Sequence record: SRR20825006_932
DNA: 64,000 nt
Reading direction: 5' to 3' (one strand)
The translations under genes and the position numbers were made by a program. How positions within the stretch are numbered: position 1 is the stretch's first letter; every line of letters begins with the position of its first letter. Below the pieces are notes generated by a model. That model worked only from the letters and a program-made list of their open reading frames with translations, was not told the origin of the DNA and did not search any database. Shown here in pieces: positions 57,801 through 64,000 of this stretch.

Positions 57801-60800
57801 GTATTAGGAAGAACTCCAGTTGTTGGGCGAATTTGCAAGCCCGTAAATTCAATTTGGCCTGGGTTGGCTGAAGACTCTGTATTGATGGTGTAAGTTACTT
57901 CATCACTATCAATGCTTGTAAAAGTTGCGGCTAAAGTTGTGGATCCACCATAAGCTGGGGAAATAGTTGTTCCTGGGCTAGCGCCAGTATTCCATTCATA
58001 TCCAACTGGAGCTTTTAAAATAATTGTTGCACTTCCACCTAATTCACCAGAAAAACCTTCTTGAATAAACGGACCAGTAAGAGAGGTATAAGTTGTGCTA
58101 GCATCGTCAGCAGAAATTGATTCTCCACCTGTGGCAGGTGTAATTTTACGAATGGCGCTGCTGTATTTAACTGCGAGATAATCCTCTACTTTCTGACGCT
58201 CGTCTTCGTTTAAATTTCTTGCATAAAGTATAACCTCGGCAATCTGACCGTCCCAACTCTTATTTCCTTCATCTTTACCACCCTTTCCAACAATAGCAGT
58301 AGTAGCAGTGGATATTGTACCTGAAGGAGGAGACCCTGCAGAACTAGGATTATTTAATATCCCATCTACATAAATATCATAGGCCTCATTTGATTCCCAA
58401 TGTAAACTAGTTATTTGCGCATTGGTAGTTTGTATGTCCGAGAAGCTTTCTAGCTGGTTAGCTGCGCTATTAGCTAAAATTCCAGTTTTAATAACATTGG
58501 TGAAAGAGCCTCCACCATTAGCACCCGACTCATCATATCTAATAGTAAAAATCTCGTCACCACCATTAGGAGTGTTCGCATTCCACAAACCACGATCGGT
58601 ATTTGTCACATCAGACTTATATACCATCAGTAAAGTGAACTCAGTCATACCGTTTAGGTAATTGGTTTCTGCGTCAGAGTCTGAAAAGTAGTCACCATTT
58701 CCTACAAATTCGATTGAAGGTTGATCTCCTAATGAGGCTGAGGTGGCATTTAATTTAGGGCGGTCAACTGAACCACTAACTCCTGTAAAATCGTTGCTGT
58801 TGCCACTCTGATCTTCCCATGTTACCACTTCAGTTCCACTTGTAACTACGCCTACATCAGCTCGGAGCCAAACGGTTAAACCTGAAATAGCTTCAACAGC
58901 GTTTACTTCAATGGATATTTTAGAGGAGTCACTTTTGAGGTCACCATCGCTAGCTATAAAGGCAATTTCCCTAGCTGGGCCGGTGGGAATGGCTCCAAAA
59001 TTCCGATATCTAACAGATCGCATTGCGGTTTGATAATCAGAGAAAGAGGATGTACCAACGAGTTTCAATCTACCTGTGGCTAAACTGTAAGTTCCTGTAA
59101 TTCCAAATAATGTGGTATAAAAAAGTGAATCTTCTGTAGGAGTATAGTTTCCATTAATTACGACAATAGCGCTATCAATCATTGTGTCGTCGGGATCAGA
59201 AACTTCGATAGTGCTTGTAAGCTGTAGATCAATACCCGAATAGACAGGAGTTCCAGTTCCAATATTAGTTAGGATAGGAGGGGAATTAACAGCTGTTAGA
59301 TCTAAATCTCGAGTTTCTGTATTACTGTTATTATCGCCATCGTTAACCGTAAAAGAAAAAGTTCTAGTAACTTCTACGGGATCTGAACTAGTGTTTTCGT
59401 AAGTAATGTTGGTTAATGCCGTTTCATAAGTAGAAATTGTAGCGCTTCCTATAAGTGTTAAAACTCCAGTTAAAGCGTTCCATGAACTAGTAATGCCACC
59501 AGCATCCGAAAAATCAAGGATATCTTCACCATTAAAATAATTATTTGTAATGGCGATAGTTGCCGACTCCATATTGGTATCGTCAATATCAGTTATAACT
59601 ACAGGGAAGGAGGGAGAAACTGGGCCGGTGCCTTCTGTATAGCTCAATACAGCACCAGATATACCAGAAAGTGTTGGGGTTGAGTTAACAGCAATAACGT
59701 TAACATCTCTTGTCACGATGTTACTAACGTCGTCCCAATCGTCTACAGTAAAGCTTACAGTACGCAAAAGAGTACTAGGATTTACCGTATTCAAATTTTG
59801 ATAAGTTACCGATCTAAGCGCGGTTTGATATTGAGAAAGTGTGGCATTTCCTGTTAAAGTGAGAAGGCCTGACGTTGAATTCCAACTTCCTGTAATTCCT
59901 CCAGCATCCACAAAAGCTAGTTGATCTTCGGAGGTTAGAAAATTTGTGGTGATTTCTACTTTAGCACTGTCAAGAAGTGTGTTGTCGGGATCTGAAATTG
60001 CAATTGAAGAAGTAATGGCTAAAGGGGAGTCTCCTTCAGTAAAGTCTAAATTTGTCCCTTCAATAGAGGCTAGAACAGGGGCAATATTACACCACTTTTC
60101 GCATAAATAGTTATATAAGCTACCGAATTTACTATCACTTAATGCTGAATTCCAAGAAATGAGTTCTGCTATATAGCCGTCAAAATTATTTGTATTAGCG
60201 GGATTATTTGAAAAAGTGACGGGATCAACGGTTCCATCTTCTTCACCAATAGTGGCATCTCCTCCATGGCTGCCCATCGATAATGCTCGGCCAGCACTTT
60301 CTGTAATTGTACCATCATTTAAGTTTGCTCTCCAAGTTTCGGCAGTAGCATCTAGACTTGCAAGAACAATATAAGAGGTGTTAACATCCACGCTTCCTAG
60401 ATTAATGGACTGGTCATCTCCATCTACCCAAGAAGCATCATTGCTCCAAGCAAAAGCATAGAGAGTTCCATCTTTAATAGATATTTGAAATCCCTTACTT
60501 CCACCACCTTGTTCATAAATAACTTGCAAACCAGAGAGAATCTCGCCCGTCCTGAAAACCACAGCAAATGATTTTTCAGTAAAAGTACTTGTGTTTAGAA
60601 TGTTATTATCATTAATCTGGAAGTTGTCGCCAGCATTGCCCGAGTTGTAATCAAATAAAAGTGCTCCACGTTCTCCAAAATAATTTGAGTTAAACTTTGG
60701 CTCATCACCAGCACCAGCAGAGTTAGTAATAGTTGCTGAACTCCCACCTGCGTTAAGGGAGCGGTCTCCCCAAGAGCTTACATCAGCATTGTCGGCAGGT

Positions 60801-62326
60801 TGGTCGTTTGTTAGTAAATCACCGTCAATGTCTTGAGCATCAAAATGAAAAACGGTATTTGCAATATCGGTAGAAGGATCGGATATAATTTCAGTGATGA
60901 TAATATCTCTAGTAGCAGCAGTACTAGTGTAAAATGGCCCTGTTACGGTAAATGAAACTGTTCGGGTGTCTAAATTTGGGGATGCTCCATCACTATGTTG
61001 ATAGGTAACATTTCGGAGTGCAGTTTGGTAATCTGCTACACTTGCTCTTCCTGTAAGTGTTAGTGTGCCTGTACCAGAACTCCATGAACCTGTAATTAAG
61101 CCAGTATCCACAAAGTCTAAATCATCTTCACTGCTATCGTAGTTATTAGAGATTTGGATGGTTGCACTTTCTAAAGAATCTGCGAAAGGGGTGCTTACTG
61201 AGATTGTTGAGCTTACAAAAATCATGGAGCCACCAGCAACAACAGAGTTTGCCGCGCCTTCAATACCAGATATTACGGGAGGGTCGGGGGTTTCGGAATA
61301 AAAAGTTCCTGGAGAAAATTGGTTGTTGTACTCTGTTGAAATCCAGTCTGCGGAACGTGCTATATCAGAAACACGCATTTCATCGACAAAGCCAGTGAGG
61401 GCGTAAGAATCGGTTGAAATAGTGAGTGGACTATTGTTTGTTGAAAAGGCAGTGGTTGTTCCGTCTGATCCCGCAGCACTTCCGTTAATATAAATTGTTC
61501 TACCAGAACCAGACTTGGTAAAAACTACATATGCATTAGTTCCTGAAGTTATAGACCCTGAACTTGTAACAGTGGACCCGTCTGTTGCGAATCTCATAGT
61601 TCCATCGCTACGAATCCATGTTGAGTATGCTTCAGTATAGGTGCCTTTTGTTATTAAATCGGGAGTATCTCCAAAATTAGTGTTATTAACCCAAACAGAA
61701 ATGGTGATATCTCCAGTAATATCGAGAGTTGGGTCATCGGCTATGGAAATGAAATCGTCCTGGTTATTTATAAATGCACGTGCATTCCCAATAACACCAG
61801 TTGTGCTGGTAGTTCCATTATCGGTACCATTGTTAGCATTAGAAGTGGCGTCGTCCATGTCATCTAAATGCATCACAACTTGGTAATCGTTATCCCATGT
61901 AGAAGAAACAGATTGGTCGGTAGTTTGTCCTGAATTTCTAAAATATATATAAAAGTCTGTATCTAACGTGGCGTTTAGAGATGGAAATCGTACCCAAACC
62001 AGAATTTGACCAGTAGTTGCATTATAGGATTCTAGCTCATGATCTAACTGGGTGTTTCCATCGTCGGATGTAAATGCAATATCATAGCCGTTTGCGTTTA
62101 GAACTTTTCCTCCATTTGCAACGGTAGCTAAATCGCTATCAGTAAGGCTAAAAAGTATAGGGAAGTTGGTAAGGGGGGAGGCTCCAGATACTTGAGTATT
62201 GTCAACAGTTAATAGCTTTCTAAATTCATATCCAGAAAGTTGGGCGAACACTATTTCTGCAGACAGCAAAAATAAAATAATAAGTATCGTTTTTTTATAA
62301 AAAATATTGTCCAGATTCAAGCGCAA
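54803..62326 (-). CDS. 2507-aa T9SS-secreted adhesin-like protein (DUF2341, LamG-like domains, four cadherin-like repeats, invasin Big_1, T9SS CTD)
   Basis: DUF2341 GYDIAFTSDDG..LDHELESY. LamG-like GFVDEMRVS, DGYIAEL, DGQIAEV. Four 'Y(Q/E)TA(L/M)' repeats. Big_1 NDGASTSTITVQLKD. CTD LNQNYPNPFNP...GVYFYRL...KKLTLIK. Confidence 0.88.
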   Translation of the reverse strand: MRLNLDNIFYKKTILIILFLLSAEIVFAQLSGYEFRKLLTVDNTQVSGASPLTNFPILFSLTDSDLATVANGGKVLNANGYDIAFTSDDGNTQLDHELESYNATTGQILVWVRFPSLNATLDTDFYIYFRNSGQTTDQSVSSTWDNDYQVVMHLDDMDDATSNANNGTDNGTTSTTGVIGNARAFINNQDDFISIADDPTLDITGDITISVWVNNTNFGDTPDLITKGTYTEAYSTWIRSDGTMRFATDGSTVTSSGSITSGTNAYVVFTKSGSGRTIYINGSAAGSDGTTTAFSTNNSPLTISTDSYALTGFVDEMRVSDIARSADWISTEYNNQFSPGTFYSETPDPPVISGIEGAANSVVAGGSMIFVSSTISVSTPFADSLESATIQISNNYDSSEDDLDFVDTGLITGSWSSGTGTLTLTGRASVADYQTALRNVTYQHSDGASPNLDTRTVSFTVTGPFYTSTAATRDIIITEIISDPSTDIANTVFHFDAQDIDGDLLTNDQPADNADVSSWGDRSLNAGGSSATITNSAGAGDEPKFNSNYFGERGALLFDYNSGNAGDNFQINDNNILNTSTFTEKSFAVVFRTGEILSGLQVIYEQGGGSKGFQISIKDGTLYAFAWSNDASWVDGDDQSINLGSVDVNTSYIVLASLDATAETWRANLNDGTITESAGRALSMGSHGGDATIGEEDGTVDPVTFSNNPANTNNFDGYIAELISWNSALSDSKFGSLYNYLCEKWCNIAPVLASIEGTNLDFTEGDSPLAITSSIAISDPDNTLLDSAKVEITTNFLTSEDQLAFVDAGGITGSWNSTSGLLTLTGNATLSQYQTALRSVTYQNLNTVNPSTLLRTVSFTVDDWDDVSNIVTRDVNVIAVNSTPTLSGISGAVLSYTEGTGPVSPSFPVVITDIDDTNMESATIAITNNYFNGEDILDFSDAGGITSSWNALTGVLTLIGSATISTYETALTNITYENTSSDPVEVTRTFSFTVNDGDNNSNTETRDLDLTAVNSPPILTNIGTGTPVYSGIDLQLTSTIEVSDPDDTMIDSAIVVINGNYTPTEDSLFYTTLFGITGTYSLATGRLKLVGTSSFSDYQTAMRSVRYRNFGAIPTGPAREIAFIASDGDLKSDSSKISIEVNAVEAISGLTVWLRADVGVVTSGTEVVTWEDQSGNSNDFTGVSGSVDRPKLNATSASLGDQPSIEFVGNGDYFSDSDAETNYLNGMTEFTLLMVYKSDVTNTDRGLWNANTPNGGDEIFTIRYDESGANGGGSFTNVIKTGILANSAANQLESFSDIQTTNAQITSLHWESNEAYDIYVDGILNNPSSAGSPPSGTISTATTAIVGKGGKDEGNKSWDGQIAEVILYARNLNEDERQKVEDYLAVKYSSAIRKITPATGGESISADDASTTYTSLTGPFIQEGFSGELGGSATIILKAPVGYEWNTGASPGTTISPAYGGSTTLAATFTSIDSDEVTYTINTESSANPGQIEFTGLQIRPTTGVLPNTKNITNTGSTGQGGGTNYGTLTMIAGAADSLTFVQQPSITNVDSTITPSVRAQLVDQFGNSIETSGTSISIAKASGPGALSGTTTVNTNSLGIADFNDLVFDDIGTYTLTTSGSGLDSETSNSFTVINAGVLAGFKIERAPYGNISAKTAGQTFNTVISAIDGTGTTVTTFTGTVLITSTCTMGSGQGTTASFVSGILNPHNVSITSIGNCTITATNSAGSETGTSNTFTVAAGAADETTSTISSSPAVILNDGASTSTITVQLKDIYGNNLSVGGETVSLSATSGTLGSVTDNGNSTYSATLTSSVSVGVSTITGTLNSNPITDNATVEFAAFSHIWISQLGSAAVASDWDDSDNWNVPSVPGVSSVVLIPTDPSVGNEYPVVDVTNTQIASLTLESKAQITVSGSSNFIVTGDINGDASILGTNNDSLTIGGNINVADVSLGTVVFDGSSDQTIISPSSYVHVEIDNPGTVFVTENFTVSGTLALTDGELLIPSGVNLIANTQTYGSGNLRFKRKVSGVKGWRILSSPVSSTYGDFIDGLLTQGFSGAFYNTGSNPGDTLQPNVLTYLESYPGTDNQRFRAPTSSAQNLTQGQGIFVYFFGDIVADPLYNNPLPDTIDVTGQEFDGNGTQVDFGVTYTTAADSGWNLVGNPFGATIDWDDAANWTKTNIESTIYVWDPSANAGNGEYLTWNGTTGTLGSGLISPFQGFWTKANAISPSLIVKKAVKTTGGNFVKKESSFTTPVIELEAVTDGLSKRTSFMFSEDGSNEIDHYDGYRLVPFSESQLEFYSILDDGTQLAINSLPVTLTNRIKIPLSLSAFKNGLPYSGEFTIRLSGEKGIPEDWLVSLLDNETGEIIDLISDRSYTFFFGTKGKISSNSQKGKMSVTQKSSSQSTRFSLQVSTPEIETSIPNRVYLNQNYPNPFNPVTVIEYGISETSPVKLEIFDVLGRRINTLINSTLTAGNYQYTLSANNLSTGVYFYRLTTNEGIFVKKLTLIK

Positions 62327-62420
62327 TAAGTATATCGAGTTAACTATTCTAATATAGAAAACGTAACCAGATATTACTTTAAATTAAGTAATTCTAATTG
62401 GTAGACCCCTTAACACGTTA

Positions 62421-64000
62421 TTACTTAATAAGTGTCATTTTTTTCACAAATACATTCTTAGGTGTAACTAGCCTGTAGAAATATACCCCACTAGATAATT
62501 TGGTGGCGTTCCACTCAACAGTATGTATACCAGCTGGTAATTCTGTATTTACTAGAGTAGTTACTTCTCTACCAATTACATCGTATATGATGAGGGTTAC
62601 ATTCGATCTGAGTGGGAGGGAGAACTGTAAATTAGTACTTGGATTAAAAGGGTTTGGGAAATTTTGAGACAAAGAGAATGCTTTAGGTAGACCTAAAGCA
62701 TCGTCACCAGGAGAAATTCTTAAAAAGAATTCAGCTTCAAGATTAAGTGCCTTATTTTTTTCCGTAATACTAGACTTATTTGGAGAGTTGGCTTGAACAC
62801 TTTTCTTACTCCTCGAATTAACTGAAAAAGAATAGGTCTCAGATTGGTTTAAATTGGTGATTTCCTTTTTATTTCTATCTAGCAGTTGAAGAGACCAGCT
62901 ATCGGGAACCTCTTTTAATCCTTCCCAAGTTAGAGTAAAATCGCTGTTGAGCTGTTTTCCATCTTTAAAACCATTTACGTAAATAGGTATATCAATTGGG
63001 ACTCCAAAATCTCTAGGCAAGTTATTAATTGTTAACTGTGTGCCATCATCAAGAAGTGAGAACAGCTCTAAGTAAGTATCGGTATCGAAAGGTAAGAGCC
63101 TATATGCGTCTAAATCATCCGCTCCAGAGCTGCCTTCCTCAGTAAAGGAAAAATGAGTGGATTTTTCTAAGGAATCTGATTTTAAAGTTAGCTCAATGGT
63201 TGGAGTACCTCTATTTGATTTATAGAATGTTCCGCCAATAGTTTTAGAGGTTTTATTAACTTTAAGAGCTGGAGCACCTGCACCGTTAGCTTTAACCCAG
63301 AAGCCTTGAAAAGGGGCAATGATTCCGTCAGCTAATGAGCCAGTGAGTCCATTCCAAGTTAAATAGTCGTTGGTGGACGGGTCCCAAACATAAATGGAGT
63401 TATTCATATTGGTTTTTGTCCAATTCCCGTCATCCCAATCTATTGTTGCTGTAAACGGGTTCCCCACTAAGTTCCAACCGCTATCTGCGGCAACAGTATA
63501 TGTAATCGGGAAAGTGAATGTAGTACCATTGCCGTCATTTTCGGCACCTTGAATTTGTAGAGTATCAGGAAGCGCATCATTATATCGCGAGTCTGAGGCT
63601 TGGCTACCAAAAAAGTAAACAAATAAACCTCTACCAGGTGTTAAAGATGTAGCTGCACTTATAGGTGCTCGCCATCTTTGGTTATCGGTTCCAGTATATG
63701 TTTCGTCGTAATAGAGAACATTTGGTTGTACAGTATCGCCTGGATTACTGCCAGTGCTATAATAAGCACCAGAGTATCCTTGTGTAATGGCACCGTCCAA
63801 GAAATCATCGTAATCTGAATCAATAGGGGGAGAGATGAGTCTCCATCCAGTAGTTCCGCTAATTTCACGGCGTGCAATTAAGTCGGTAGTATTGCCTTGT
63901 TTAATATTGCTTACAAAACTAGTGCCTGATTCCAGTGTTAATATACCGTTGACTATAAAAAGGGTGTCGGTAACAACTAAATCACTGTTAATTTTAACAC
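62421..64000 (-). CDS. T9SS-secreted protein, C-terminal part (runs off window end), paralogous to the C-terminus of the 2507-aa protein
   Basis: Frame is open to the window end (VKINSDLVVTDTL...GTTGWRLISPP). Shares SNPGDT.QPNVL, DSGWNLVGNPF, APFQGFW. CTD SQNFPNPFNP...GVYFYRL...KKMTLIK. Confidence 0.9.
   Translation of the reverse strand, partial: VKINSDLVVTDTLFIVNGILTLESGTSFVSNIKQGNTTDLIARREISGTTGWRLISPPIDSDYDDFLDGAITQGYSGAYYSTGSNPGDTVQPNVLYYDETYTGTDNQRWRAPISAATSLTPGRGLFVYFFGSQASDSRYNDALPDTLQIQGAENDGNGTTFTFPITYTVAADSGWNLVGNPFTATIDWDDGNWTKTNMNNSIYVWDPSTNDYLTWNGLTGSLADGIIAPFQGFWVKANGAGAPALKVNKTSKTIGGTFYKSNRGTPTIELTLKSDSLEKSTHFSFTEEGSSGADDLDAYRLLPFDTDTYLELFSLLDDGTQLTINNLPRDFGVPIDIPIYVNGFKDGKQLNSDFTLTWEGLKEVPDSWSLQLLDRNKKEITNLNQSETYSFSVNSRSKKSVQANSPNKSSITEKNKALNLEAEFFLRISPGDDALGLPKAFSLSQNFPNPFNPSTNLQFSLPLRSNVTLIIYDVIGREVTTLVNTELPAGIHTVEWNATKLSSGVYFYRLVTPKNVFVKKMTLIK

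Noticed and set aside
40724-64000. Mobile element or genomic island carrying the motor-pilus locus
   Set aside because: No integrase, transposase, tRNA or direct repeat is visible at the pdhC boundary, and base composition looks similar to the flank. The far boundary is outside the window.

Overview
AT-rich bacterial DNA, most consistent with Balneolota/Rhodothermota (Balneolaceae-like). This is inferred from a SprA-like fragment and 'NYPNPFNP'-type T9SS sorting domains. Bases 1-40.7 kb are mostly housekeeping and envelope genes: lnt, rsmI, DEAD-box helicase, hisI-yidD-cysS-folE, an ECF sigma/HEAT anti-sigma/DUF4097/DUF5916 cluster, bglX, FNR, alaS and pdhABC. Oddities there include an LCIB-type carbonic anhydrase, a HisI lacking one Zn-ligand Cys, and a Smr gene next to a membrane-anchored MutS-like ATPase. 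The main result is a co-oriented minus-strand locus from 40.8 kb to beyond 64 kb. In transcription order it encodes two large T9SS-cargo adhesin-like proteins, three PilV/PilW/PilX-like proteins, a CBM-like protein, four chaperone-usher-type pilins, a chaperone, and an usher-like protein with a C-terminal TPR module. These are followed by a natural FliF(RBM3)-TM-FliG fusion, a TPR lipoprotein, MotA/PomA, and a MotB with SPOR-like repeats. No flagellin, rod, hook, export-gate or FliM/FliN genes are in the window. This looks like a flagellar-type rotary motor genetically coupled to a chaperone-usher fimbrial system. The ORF track misses two details: the putative major pilin is split by one in-frame TGA (49922-49924), and the TPR lipoprotein's signal peptide can only be made from a non-canonical start (probably ATA at 43703). 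All family calls come from motif recognition by eye; no searches were run.
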